A stretch of DNA of 64,000 nucleotides from Rhina ancylostomus (Eukaryota): contig JARFYF010000017.1 of the NCBI GenBank assembly GCA_030265395.1, forward strand, positions 36,491,509-36,555,508. The letters run 5' to 3'. The notes under the pieces are model-generated. The model ran no database searches, was not told where the DNA came from, and worked only from the letters and a program-made list of their open reading frames with translations. A program made the translations under genes and the position numbers. Positions 12,306 to 25,589 of the stretch are shown here, piece by piece; position 1 is the stretch's first letter; every line of letters starts with the position of its first letter.

Positions 12306-15300
12306 CTGAAAAGAAATGATTCATGTATTTATTCAGATCATTTACAATTATTGGTTCACACCTTTCCAAAGAATGTGGGAGAACTCGCAACGCACAAAAC
12401 ATTCAAACCACAAAAAGGTTTTATTGGCTAACATTCATAAAGTACAGTACCTGCATCCTAAATGTTGATCATTCCCAATTATAGTACTTATATTCAGTTT
12501 TTTTTCCCCCCCCAAACTGTGGATGGGCAGGGAGGGAGATCAAGAGAACTTTCCTACTCCCATACCTGTTGGCACGTTCCAGTTCAATGCAAATAAAATC
12601 ACTTGTACATCTTCAACAGCCATCTATCCAAGACTACTACACAAGCAGAAACAAGTAATGCTTCAAAATGTTGCATAATTGTCAAGCTGTTGTGCAAGAG
12701 AATCTCAAAACGATTCTGTACAGAAAAATATCTGCAGGAATAGTTTTAAGATTTGTGCTAGCAACAACTACTTATACTAAAGTGAAACATATCGCAAAAG
12801 ATGATGGGTGTAGGCAAGTGGCAGAGTCGGGGGTGAGTTCAAGGAAGATAAAAATTAACTTAACATAGGTGTAACACGAAATGCTGGAGGAACTCAGTGG
12901 GTCCGGCAGCATCCATAGAGGGAAATGAAGGGTCAAGATCCTTCATCTGGACTGGATCAGTGGGAGTGGGGAATCCTTGCTGAAGTAGGAGGCACGGAGG
13001 CAACGAAAGAAGATCTCAGCGTCATGGCGGGTATGCAAATCATTGAGGTATGGGTGTAGGGGTATGAAGGGAAGGCCTCTGCTGAGGACAGACCATTCTG
13101 CCTCAAAGAGAGGGAGGTCAGAGGGAACGGTGAAGACATGGCAGGGGTTAGAGTTGGGGTCAGGTGGGGGCCTGAGGGGATGATGAGGGGTTGGGGGTGG
13201 AGTGATAGGTGGTCATCACACATCATAGCAATAGGTATACTTGATGGTCAGCACAGACTCACTGGGCTGAAGGGCTTATTTGCACATTGACTTCTTTTAG
13301 AGCTGCTGTAGTACAAACAACAGTTATTTATACCAGTCAATAGATTGTCTGGTGGAGGGGTCACTTTCAACCAATCCAAATATATTAATAAGGAACACCA
13401 ACATCCATGGAGATGGGAAGGCCTGGGCTGTGAGAACAAACACATTCACTTGATAAATATACTGAAGGGCACATTATTAAGAATAAGGGATTTTTAGGCA
13501 ACACTAAGGTTTTGTAGTTATGCACATTCAACTGTAATCCTGACTCCATCAAGAATGATTTTTATCAAACCATGAATCCCAGGTATAAAGAGGATCAAGT
13601 CACTTAAAATCTCTCCACAAGATTTATCAATTTATCAACTTTAAAATGGTTCTAACATTTGCCAAAACATGTAATCCTTTTTGTTACACAAAGAACTGAA
13701 CATGGAGTGTCCACCCCTAGCAATTACAGGTGGCTCCACAAAGTCTGCACACACCAAAGTGTTTTGCACTGATGGCAACATCATAAATGACAATCCCCTC
13801 CATCACAAACACTCAGTGAAACACCAGATTGGACATTTCTAAACATTTAAATTCAAATTAAAAGGAAAGCAAACATGTTCATTCCCATTCCACTGTCTGC
13901 TTAGTTCAATTTTCAAACATTAAAAAAAACAATGCAAAAGACCAAATTGGGAAAGGGTTAAAAGGAAGTGCTTGCTGGATGCAAAGTTTTAAGTGGAAAT
14001 ACTAGTTTAGCAGCTTGGTGTCAATGCCTGGACAAGGCAGAATAACACGTCTGACCACCTTAAAGAGAGGCAACTAATCTCCCATAAACTAGAAGCAACA
14101 CAATCCAACATCCCCAAATAGTCAGGTTACTTTTAGATTAAAACTCATCCATATGAACATTTGTTACAAAAAGCCAAATGTGGGAAAATAAATGAGCAAC
14201 ACTAAATCAAAAAAAGACCTAAAGACTTGGTATCTAAAGTAACTTCATCATCACTAGCTATAAACAAATTAATGACACTATCCACTTTCAGTTCACTCTA
14301 TACAAATCATCTACTAATACAACAATACCTTCAAATAAGCCTTTAATTCAGATTCCACAATATCAGTAATTCAGTTTTAATCAGTTTCTCTTTAAAGCAG
14401 TGTTGACCCCAAGAATCTCATAGATTAATATAGAGGCCTACAGTTAGATCACAACAGCAGTAATAGTGAAAGCTCCTTCGTGCTTTACAGAAGCAAAAAC
14501 AAATTTGCAACCATTAGCCATATTAAGCAAATATTAGGGATCATGGCCAAAGGTTTTATCAATGTAATGCATTACAAGGAAAGTCTCAGAAGGAGGGAAA
14601 AGGGGATCATAGCAGAGCACTCTAGGCCTTAACACAAAGACATGTTCACTTACTGCGCATGATCATATCTGAGAATAACTCTGGGCATTGCATGATTCAG
14701 AACGGAGGTTATTCAATTATCACAAGGAAAATGGATGGACAGCAAGTGTTTAGGCAAGGTGAAGGCAACAGAATTCTTAAGGACCTTGAGTTTAGCAGGA
14801 GAAAGATCTTCAAGGAAGTGCATTCCAGTCAATAAATTTAGGAGTAACAAAAGCATTGTTATGGTTTTCTGGTTAAATGAACTAGCTTGGAATATGGTAG
14901 TCAAGTTGAATAGAAATGCCTAATTGTAATTTACTACAAGTTGATGATGCCAGGTTGCAAAAGGAAAATCTCCACCTTTAACTATTCAAAGATTTCTGGT
15001 TGAAGAGATTAGGTGTGGATATCACACCAGTTAGAAACAAGGCAAGAAACAAAAAAAAAAGGGAATTGAAGCAACATTTTCACAATAAAATAGTTTGAAA
15101 TATTTATAAACAGAAGCTGGCACTATTTTGACGAAGATGAAAATGAGAATAAAAAAAAAGTTTACCATTAGAACAAGATTACTATGATTACCCCCCCCCC
15201 CCAAGAGTTTTCCTCCAGCTACAAGTCAGAAATGCAACATTCATTTAAATAAGGACTTTAAAATGTGTAAACAAAAGACATTAGTCATGGGAGCCAAACG

Positions 15301-17929
15301 TACTTTATCACCCCACATAGGAACTTATGGAAAAACTCCTCTTTGAATGAAAACAGCCATAAGCTGACAGGAGAGAACAATGCTATAAAGTGTTGTCATT
15401 TCTCTTCCCCTTTCCCCATCACCCTACAACAATTCTTCCTTGGCTTCTCTCATTTCTCACCTACATGAAGTCGCTCATATCATTACTTTAAAATTATTAT
15501 TTGCAGCTACTGGTGATATCAAATTCAAAACATCCAAACCTACTATTCCTTTAAAACTGTCACACTGGTTAAAGCAGAAAATTCCTGCAAATGGTTATGA
15601 AATCTAAGCCAATGACTTTGGAAACCACTGCAAATTCCATTCTTTACCTATTGATACCATCTCTCCCTGGCACTGCTTCAAGGCAAAAACCAAACAGTTT
15701 ACAGCTTTGATCCTGCCCACGTATCCACAGCTCGCCTCTGTAATACCACCTGACTGCCTCAGCTGAAGCTGCTGACAAAACCCTGATCCATGATACTCCC
15801 AGACTTGACCATCTCAATGCCCTCAGGCCACCAACACACATTCTTCACCCTATCCAGAACTTTTCCACTCCTACTTAAAATGGCAGCAAAGTTTTGACAA
15901 CATCATAACCTACTCTGAGCAACATCTTAAAAAGATTTAGGAACAATAAATGTTACAAATACCTCCATACCCAACACCCTTCTTTTTTCTAATTAGTTCC
16001 AACACTAACATTGCCCAAAATATTTGCCAATTCTAGCATTCCCGATTTAAATTGCTCCAACAATGGTGCTTTTAGCTGCCACAGCCCTAAAGCTCTTCTC
16101 CTGTTCTCTCATCCAAGGCTTTAAAACCTACCAATTAGACACCTCCCCAAACAGCCCGTGACAAAGTCAATTTTTGTTTGACTGCACTCTTGTGAAGCAC
16201 GAAGGTGTTTTACTATATTAAAAGTCATTACATAAATACAATCCATTGCTTCCTTGCATCTGAAATGTTCATTTTTCTGACAGGCCTGTTGTACATTTCC
16301 AATAGGACCAGCAGCAGATCATTCAGGCCAAAAATCGGGAACCAGCATGGCATTCACCTGCCTGTTACAAACAGGTCCAAGGAGACCTTGAAATATGAAA
16401 TGGCACAAGCAGCAATGAGATTGCCTAAACCTGTTCTTCCAAAGCAGAGCCCCACTGGAGGTTCCAGATTCACTGAAGGCGAGAGCTGACTTTCTGGAGC
16501 CAGGGTAGTGCATAACTAAAGCACAAGGAGTCCAGATTACATGGGCTAAAATTAGTTAATTGCTGGTCCAATAGATGCCACAGTAACAGTATTTTTCCTC
16601 AGAGCTGACACTTGGGTATTAAGGGGCTTCAGGGCACATTCTCTGTTTGCAAGATGTTCTCTTCTTCACACTTTAAATTTTAGAAAATCAGATTTACACA
16701 TGGACCAATACATGACCACTCTACAGTAGATACATTGGTACGGACAGATTAGATTTCTGCTCATTTGAAAAACCTGAATCCATTACCTCCGTTCAATCAA
16801 GCTTTGGGCTGTTGAACTTTGATAAAAGAATGGGTGGAGAGGGGGAACCGGCATCAATTAAATCAAGAAGGATTTAACAAAATCTAGTTTCCTGTGACTG
16901 AAAGTAACCTGCTTTGTTACCACTAAATAAACGGATTTGGTCTCCACATGCAGACACTTTGAACAAGAAAGAAACTGGCATCCATCCTTCAGGAACAGAG
17001 TTTTGTCAGAATCATCTATTAATTACTCCAGCAATAACATCAGTACCTAATTTGTTACACTGAGCTGTCTGAGCTCCAAAATCTAAACACAGGTTCTTCT
17101 TTTACAATTCAGGCTTTTCGTACTCAACCAAATATTGAGCTTTTCACGAATGGCCCTTTTTGCGAGTGAACTGTGTTTACAACCGACTGAAGCAGTTTGG
17201 ATATATTGGTTAAATGAAGGACAATCCATCTGGTCTCCCATCACCACCTCTCTCCCCCTCCCCTAAGCTCCAAAGATTTTGATTATTAAAATCAATTCAG
17301 TTTACCCAGGCTACAAAACACAATGGAACTTGAATTTCATGTCAATAAACTCCCAAAAAGTGGCTACGGTTTTGTTTGGATCTACGATGAACAACCAGCG
17401 TTCATTATACGAGGAATCCTCCCCTCTACAAGCAGCTGTGGGCAATACAAAACAGGCACAGGTGAACGCATCGCCAAGGCGGTTTAGCACACTGACAGCC
17501 TGGTCCTGAAGGTCAATAAATACTCTAGACACGGGGATGTCATTGGCCGCTGCCACCCCTCCAGACAGTTCCGGCTCCTGAATTCTTAAGCTCTCATTGA
17601 AATGTTCCAAGTTGCTCAATTTGGGTCTACACCAACCCGCGCAGGTGTGATTAAAATCTGTTTACGTAAAACCCTTCTCCTGTAATGGGCTGACGGCAGT
17701 TAGGTGCGAGTTTCCTTCAGGATTCAGGTAGGTCACTCCCAGGAACCGAGCTGCTTCCTGTATTTGCAATAGGTTTCCATGTTGCTTGTCAAATTTTTAT
17801 TCAACCGCGTTGCAACCCTCACACACCCTGCGCATGTCCTCGCTGGAAACTCGCCTTTGAGAAATTCCCCTTTACTGATTTTTTTAAAAAAACACACGAC
17901 TTTTTCGGGTTAGAGCGTCGCAGTTTCAC

Positions 17930-18058
17930 CTGTGCAATAACTCGATCGAGTGGCTCCGCCTTGTCGATTTCCTCCGCGCAAACACCCAACTCCTCTTTAC
18001 ACTGCTCGCTTAACTCGGGGTTGTCGGCTTTTACCCGGATTCTGTGCACTTCTCCCAC
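17930..18058 (-). CDS. ESRP2: ESRP2 coding exon 2 (129 nt; VGEVHRIRVKADNPELSEQCKEELGVCAEEIDKAEPLDRVIAQ)
   Basis: Acceptor aacag|GTG and donor CAG|GTGAAA, phase 0/0. AEPLD motif as in ESRP2. Confidence 0.93.
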
Positions 18059-18247
18059 CTGTTAACCGGGGCGGGGGGTGGGGGGGGTGGAAGAAGAGGA
18101 AGGGTTGCAACATTGGGTAAAACACGTCGCTCACAAGGCAACAGCACCAAAGTAGTATTTATTCACCGGTGAAAACAGGTTTGTGTACAAATCAAAAAAA
18201 AGACAGAAAGAGACACGCACAAAAAAAAATCCAGATCGATTGCGTAC

Positions 18248-18379
18248 CTTCTTGTTGTGTAGATCCACAACTTGCCACACCAAGAGAACTAGTTCCCTTT
18301 CATCCGAACCTAGTTTAGCCCCACTTGCACCAGCTGTTGCCCCATACAAAACCACCAGAGAATCGTGCGAAGCCGTCAT
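18248..18379 (-). CDS. ESRP2: ESRP2 coding exon 1 (132 nt; [44 protein letters not shown])
   Basis: ATG at 18379-18377; donor AAG|GTACGC at 18248/18247. Matches the ESRP N-terminus; GATAG and LLVWQVV are ESRP2-type (ESRP1 has GITAG and LLFWKVV). Confidence 0.93.
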
Positions 18380-21300
18380 GACGAAGAACTACAAGCAAAG
18401 GATCAAACACACAAAAAAAACAAAAAAAAGTGTTCACCTTTCGAGTGATCACCTCTACCGAAAGAAAAAGGAAGGGAAGAGAAGAAAGTCCTCTTTTCAT
18501 TAAAAAAAGAAAGTAGCTCCTCTGGTTCTACCTGATCCCAAGGTGTTTAAGGAGTTGATCGTTCTCGAGGCGAAACTGACAAAGCTTGTCTCTTTCACTC
18601 TGACATGGGAAAACGATGGCTGCTTTCTGTCCTCATTTACCTGCCTACAGATCAGACCATGTGACAAGCAAAGGAGCAATCGCCTGGGAGATTCCATTGG
18701 TTCTTTGCAAACAAGAAAACAGGGACGTGGCATTGCACAGAATGGAACAACCCAATCGGTGCTTCACCTTTTGCTCAGTGGAGAATCAGAAGAGATCAAA
18801 AGCGTCAGCTTTGTCCTTCTGCCTTGGTCGTTTCCACGTAGGGCAACTACTGTTTTGGTTTGCAGGAAAAAGGCCACATTTTGACATTTGATTAAAATAG
18901 CCCATTGAATGTTGTGATGTATGGTTTAAAAAAATAGGTTGCCTAAAGTATCAATTATTGCCAAGATGGAAATATTTTGACTCGTGTTAATAAAAGTCCC
19001 TTCAACCCCAGTTTGATCACTTATCTCCTGTCTAAATAACTCCACGATTTACAAAATGAAGAAGCTTTATTGCTGAGTTTCACTTTTATTTATTTCAACT
19101 CCCATGAGGCACTAACAGCCTGTGACTGGTAAAGTTTTACCGCTCTGGGTTAAGTATGTGCCTTCTGAAGATAATGAGAGATACCATTCCCTTTGGCAAT
19201 ATCTTCAACCGGTGCATTGACATTCTCCAAAATACCTCTTGTCACCTGGTGTAAGGAGACCAGAGAGATACTGAAAGTGCAGGCAGCTCTTCTGGTGTCC
19301 GCAGTAACATTTCGCAACAGCTTACACCAAGGAAAACCGATTAACTGGCCATTCACTTCATTGGCTTTGGTGGGTCCAATGATCAGTGGAGTTCAATATT
19401 TGTTTAAGGCTGGGCTGTCTACCCGTGTGGTCCACGCCTGCGCAACTGGAAGTGTTTATTTTATTCACGATTGAAAAACAACAATGAAGTTTTGCAATTT
19501 ACCTATTTACCATAAAAATAATCTTAATTTTGTTAATTCGGAGAGCGGTTTATTGAAATAATTCCAAAACAATTTCTTCGGGGATTATGGAAATTTCAAC
19601 TAATTCGCCTTTCATGTGATAGATGTTTTAAGTACTTCTGCGCCGAAAAAAAGACGAAAAGACTTCAACACTCTGCACTATCCAGAGGAAGCTGCTTCAT
19701 TGATATTAATCTAAGATGGTTTAACAATTAAACCAATGATAAAGACGATCGCACTTCCATTAATGATTAATGCTGCTCTGTTGATACAATTTTCGGGATA
19801 TTTTCCACCAGGCTCTCAAAGAGAGAACAAAGATTGCCTTGCATCTTTAAGTCAGGCTTGAATTGATTACATAAAAGCGGACCATTTGGAAGCTTGTCCA
19901 CCTGGTTATCAACAATGATTTGTAGTTTAATTTTAACTCCAGTATATCCATCAAAAGACATCTGTCTGCGGTTGTAAACCAGGATTTTTTTTTTGCAATA
20001 TTATATTTGGTTAATTCGNNNNNNNNNNNNNNNNNNNNNNNNNNNNNNNNNNNNNNNNNNNNNNNNNNNNNNNNNNNNNNNNNGTCACTGTACTCTCCAA
20101 AGAGCAAATCTTTACAGTGTCTTCAAAATCATGCTCTCTGCGCTTTGGATAGTAACATTGCATTTTTCTTTGTAATGAAATGTAGTGACTAGTTTGTGAT
20201 CTCGCTAGTCTCTACACTTTTAGATCTGATTCCAATTTCAAACTATTATGACAGTCTAATATTTCCTTGTGCCATGTAACTGGCAGCTCGCGGCAGTTGT
20301 GAGAAGGCTAGGCTTATTTCTGTGGAATGAAAATACTGAAAAGTATTAACTTCCGCATAATGCGGCTTGGGCACGTGGTCCGGCCTCTAGTGGACTCGGT
20401 TAAACAATAACCAGGTGTATTTGCCGTTTACCGGGCAAATACTCAATGGACTTGTACTGTAAACACGGATAGAAGGTGGATGGGTATGTGTGGCTTGAAT
20501 CAGGGGGCTTGAATCTCCCCATCAGAAACCTGCTCAGAGTTACTGGTCCCGTGACCATCCGGGATCCAGGGGAAGTTGACTTGAAGTTGCGAATACCTTG
20601 CATTTGTGGCTTTACGGCGCTCGGCAGGTCTGTTTGTTTAAAGCGACTTGATTGCTACCGCCCAGATCACCATGGCATTCCCATGGAAACGGTGCCACGC
20701 CTTCAGAGCAAACCTGTCTACAGTAATAATCATTGCATCAGACCACATGTACAGTGTAACCCTCACTGCGTCAATTTCAGCAGTTCGCCTAGTCAAGGAC
20801 TTTGAAAATATCCACTGCGTTGTTACCGTTTAATGCAATTTTACCATAGATAACGCTTGGTAGGCACCGATGTAGTTTTTGCCAGGAATTTTTATTCTAC
20901 CAAAACTTTAGTTTGAGGTAAAAGGTGGTTAATACAAAAGCTTTTAATCTGACTGTTCACGGCGGCTCTTAAATAAAGCAAAGCAAAAGGCTGGCGGGAA
21001 AAGCAAAATGTTTAGAGGTGTCGAATTGATTTGGGACAGGCTTGGCAACAGCGTGAGCTGGAGACGTTTCTTCAAACACTGCTAAAGGGTTTGCCTCTAG
21101 GTTTCTTCATGAATTCTTCGGGACTTCCGAGGATAATGTTTAGGAGACGAGACCAGTATAGCCAGAACGTGGAAGGCGACCATCTCCAGTCCCTAACTGC
21201 AGAGTGATTCCGATGGTTTTCTTCGGAAGCCTTTCGAAGAAAGTATCGAATGTGACCAGCGAACCCTTGGTAAATCCAAGGGTCCGAATATACCGCGTAT

Positions 21301-22004
21301 GGTTTGTAACACTGTCAAAAATTAATTACGAAAGATATAGCTATACGCGTCGAAAGCGAAAGTCTTGATAGCCCAAAACTTTTCCAGCAAACTTATGTAA
21401 AGTTTCCTGGAGCCAGAGATTTCATTTGTTATCAGTTTACTTCCGAACAGTCAGCAGTGGTCACTCGTTCAGTGTCTTTAATGTTACACGCACTTTTAGA
21501 GCACTAACATCGCCCTAACTCATGTGGTCCAGTGCACCCGTGAATTTCCGGTAATTGCCTATAGCAATGAGAGCTCAGAAGGACCTTTGGGATTCTCTTC
21601 ATTCAGAGAAGTTAGTGAGAATTTCAAACATCCTTAAATGTGGAGGTTTGCGCATATGATCTGCACTCAGATATGCAATTATATTCCTGGGGGGGAAAGT
21701 ATTTCTTGTTCTTGATATCTGAAAATGCAGAGATCTTACTAAATATAGACAGTTAGTGCATAAGAATAGAACACATTAGAAAAACAAAATCATTCCATTA
21801 ACCTTATGAATCACTGGTTTCTTGAAAAATCTATGGATTTCTTTATCTGTTCTATCCATCGCGGTCTCAAGTGTCAAAAGAATACTAAACATTGGAATTC
21901 GTCATTCGGTTCGTTTGTTTTCCCTGAGTAGGAGCCAGAAATGTTGCCAGTGTCTCCATCAGCAAATTTCCCCAGGCAAACAGCGCTGAGGTAGAGCAAC
22001 ACTA

Positions 22005-22200
22005 TGACCACTTCGCACTACAATGGACTTGGCTTATTTTTGGTTCTAGTTGTGTGCTTTCTTGTAAAGATTGTGCATAATGTATGTTTTTCTTGTGAAT
22101 GTTGTGCATCTGATTCTATGTGCCTGTGATGCTGCTGCAATAAGTTTTTCATTGCACCTGTGCATACACATACTTGTTTGTGCATATGACAATAAACTCA
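22005..22200 (+). mobile_element. LINE 3' UTR fragment (Rex-Babar/L2-like)
   Basis: TGCCTGTGATGCTGCTGCAA..TTTTCATTGCACCTGTGCATAC..GTGCATATGACAATAAACT terminus, which I recognise as a fish LINE tail. Confidence 0.55.
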
Positions 22201-24514
22201 AAACTCATGTAGTAACCTCCAAGGGGTAGACTTGTGTATACAACCCCACACTAACCAGAGTATAACACATTGTATGTAATGCTGTGTTAGCTATTAAGCT
22301 GAACATCCTCCAGCTTAGGGTCAATAATTAAAAGGTAAATTCAGCAAAGTAAGGCTTTCATTTATCTAACGCAGTTGTATCACCATAATTCTGCAAGTTA
22401 CCATATAAGGGGCAAAGTGGGCTCCTGTTATCTGTTTCTAACAGTGTTCCTGAATACTGACAATACGTAGCAAGTGGGGTGCACGTCCCTTAAATTTCCT
22501 GATTTAAGTTCAATGTGCATGTAATTTTATTTTGTCCTTTCTACTTGACATATGCTTCTCCACTTGTATGAGTATGTGCATGTGTTAGGGGTAAGGGTGT
22601 GGTGATGAGATGGACATCTGATTCCTACTAATGCAGCAAAAACCCTTGGTAATGAACTGTTTTCTTGTCAGGTCAAACTTGTTTACAATTCTGTTAAAAT
22701 AAACTATATTCACAGCTGATGTATCAATGAGTAGTCAACAATGAAAATGATGATCGTCTGGAAAGTATTTTGTTTTCAATCTTTGTGATTTCTTGGGAAG
22801 ATTGCTTGAAGCTTATCGATGTCAGCAAAACTATTTCTTGTACTGTTGTTTACAATCATAATGTTTCACTCATTCAGTGAATTTACACCAAATCATACAT
22901 GGGAAAATACAACAATTTTTGAATTGATCTGCATGAATGTGTATATTTTGTGCATCATGGCTGCATTCCAATTTTGGACTTTACCAATTTCTTTGTGTTT
23001 TTCATTAGCAAAATGCAATCAACATATGTTAATAACCTACCATGTCAATGTACAGTAGTAAATGAATTATGTTTCAGGCTCTGTAATGCACTGATAGCCT
23101 CATAATATTCCATCATGCCTAACTCCTGTTCACAACTCAGCAACTGAATACTCAGTATGATGCATTTAATGCAGAATTTTAAACAAAAATGGTTAGCATA
23201 TGTCATTTGGGAGAAGACTGCAGCCTACACTGATTTAATCTTGCAGTGTAGGAAAAGTCTTTATGATCATGAAGGAGCCAGGTATAATCAACGGGTATTG
23301 AATTTGAGGAGGTGCATATTTGAGCAGATTGGCACCAGAGATGGTATGTTCATTCTGGTTGAATGGAATTGGATGCCTTAACTCTTTCATAGGAAATTAT
23401 AGCTGATTAACCATGTAGGTTGTGTGAGCATGCTGGTTCAACTTAGCAGGTTCAGTGCATTTAGAAAATTATATTTATTGAATACAATATATATTTTCTT
23501 TCATAAAAACAGAAAATGTTGGAAATACTCAACAGGGCAGGCCACATCTATGGAGGAGAAAGAGAGTTAACATTTCAGGTCAAAGACACTTCAGGACTGG
23601 GAAGAAGACGAAAGAAGTTTGTAAGGCTGCAGGAATGGTGGGGAAGGGTGTCTCTCTCTAATGGGGTAAAATCAGGGTTTTAGATTTCCAGCATCTGGAG
23701 GATTTTATTTTGATTTTCACTATTTTTTAAATCACGTGCAGCAAGTTATTATTGTGTCTCTTCACAACTGTGTCGCAGTGGCACTGACTAATTGCGAAAT
23801 AGACACAAGAATTTGAACTAATTATGCATTGTTCAATGCTGTGTAAGTATGGTGGGCCATAACAGTGAGAATTGTTTACCCGAACAACAAATTGGTTTGA
23901 AATGCAGTCACTCTGATGTAGACAAGTAAGCCAGCCGTTTTGCATAGAGAAAAAGCTGAGCCGACAGCATCAGTGAATTGACCAGTTAATTTATTTTTGA
24001 TGGTTTTGATTGAAAAAGAATGCTAGATTTAAAATAAAGAAAATGCACTGTTCTTTGATTGTTGCAATTATCCTCCACCATAGACTGAAGGCAGTAGGTA
24101 CACGATATAAATGAATTACAGCACAGCCTTGACCTGTATCTTTGATCTTCACTGGCCTTTAGCCTTTAAATCTTTGTTCCTCTAGTTGTGACCCTTGTAA
24201 TTCCCTGATTTTAATTTCTGAACTACTGGCAGGTCCTTCATAGCTGAAGGCATGTCTAATCTCTGGAATTTTGTCTCTTGCTCATTCCCTTTTCTTGAAG
24301 AAGCCTGGCATATTTCCACTACATTAAACATGCTATATACATACAACTTATGACTGAAACAACTATACAGGCATAATCAGCCCCTGATTATGTTTATAAT
24401 TACTTTAGGTTCAAGATATTTTTATTTTGCTTCAGTTTTTGTTCATATTCATTTCAATTTAAATCAGTTTAATCTGTGAATAATTGATCACAATTAGGTC
24501 AAATGTCTTTAAAA

Positions 24515-24850
24515 AGGGGTGATGCAGCAGTTAGAGCCGCTGACCTACAGCTCGAGGGATCCAGGTTCAATCCTGGCTCCGGATACTGTCTGTGTGGAGT
24601 TTGCTCATTCTCTCTGCGAACACGTAGGTTTCTCCCAGGGCACTTTGGTTTCCTCCCAAAGATGTAGGTTAATGATTACTGTAAATTATCCCTTTGTGAA
24701 CATTAATGGCAAAAGGGGGTTGATGGGCATGTGTCAGAGAAAACATGTTGCAGGGTGCAAGGAAATAAGGAGATGGGTAATGGTGGCATTGCTTTCCTGG
24801 GAGCTGGCATAGCTCTGATGGTAGAATGGCCTCCTGTATCATTGTAAATA
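24515..24850 (+). mobile_element. tRNA-derived V-SINE (HE1-like)
   Basis: B box GGTTCAATCC at 24564-24573, then the V-domain TGTCTGTGTGGAGTTTGC..TTCTC..GGTTTCCTCCC. Confidence 0.8.
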
Positions 24851-25589
24851 TAAGATTTACAATCTGCAACTTAATCACGTTAAAATTTCTGGCCTGTAGA
24901 GGTGGTGTAACGGTGGGACTTCTGATGCCCCATGAGGTTAGATGCCACCTCGATCAACAACCCCTGATGACCAGGAGGTGAAATGAGAGTCCTTTCACTT
25001 ATAGGACAGTTGGATATGGGATGACTCAGATATGTTGCACAGGGAGGAACCAGGGCAGCAAATTTCTCAAGACAAGACTTTGGTTAGGAGCAGGTGAAAT
25101 GGAAAGGCCCAGCACTGCAGTGGGCATACCACCACCCTGAAAGGAGCAGAGAAGAAAGCCTCAGACCTTACAGAATACAATGTCACTTTGTGATATAAGG
25201 TAGAGAAGAGGTAGTGTTTTTAAATTCTGCAGCCCAGCACTCCAATTACCCATATGATTGGGAAAGAGGTTACAGTTAATCTGCACCTGCAGATGATCAC
25301 AAAACACAATGTTGTTTTTGAGAACGTGCTGTGTAGAATTTGACTGCTCTTTTAAGCTACTTTAATGGCTGTAACTTTGAAAAGGATGTGAATCCCTCTG
25401 TACAAATGCAAATAGAGAAGCTGGAGCTATTTTACAATTGCACGACAGACAGGTGATGAGCAATGGGAACTTCTAACACTTCACCCAGGAGGGATTTTCT
25501 TTCATCGTAAGATGCTGTTTACACGGAGAGGACAAGATGCCAGCAGTGCTGAATGGATAATTCATTTTGGCTTCCTCCTGAGATCCCCA

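Larger units (their letters stand above)
17400..21600. promoter_or_regulatory. CpG-retaining region spanning ESRP2 exons 1-2, the 5' UTR and the probable promoter
   Basis: By eye, CpG is much more frequent than in the flanks, notably at 17800-18400 and 20340-21560. Contains GRHL-like AAACAGGTTT (18173-18182) and several CACCTG/CAGGTG E-boxes. The TSS cannot be located from sequence. Confidence 0.55.

Noticed and set aside
17311-17619. 102-aa minus-strand ORF in intron 2 as an extra exon or gene
   Set aside because: Non-ATG start and no recognisable domain; exons 2 and 3 already join in frame.
1386-18379. Calling the gene ESRP1
   Set aside because: The N-terminus is ESRP1-like, but most diagnostic positions in exons 1-5, 7, 8 and 10 match ESRP2 as I recall them. 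Some uncertainty remains without a tree.
24515-24580. tRNA gene
   Set aside because: The A/B boxes run straight into a SINE V-domain, and there is no full cloverleaf.
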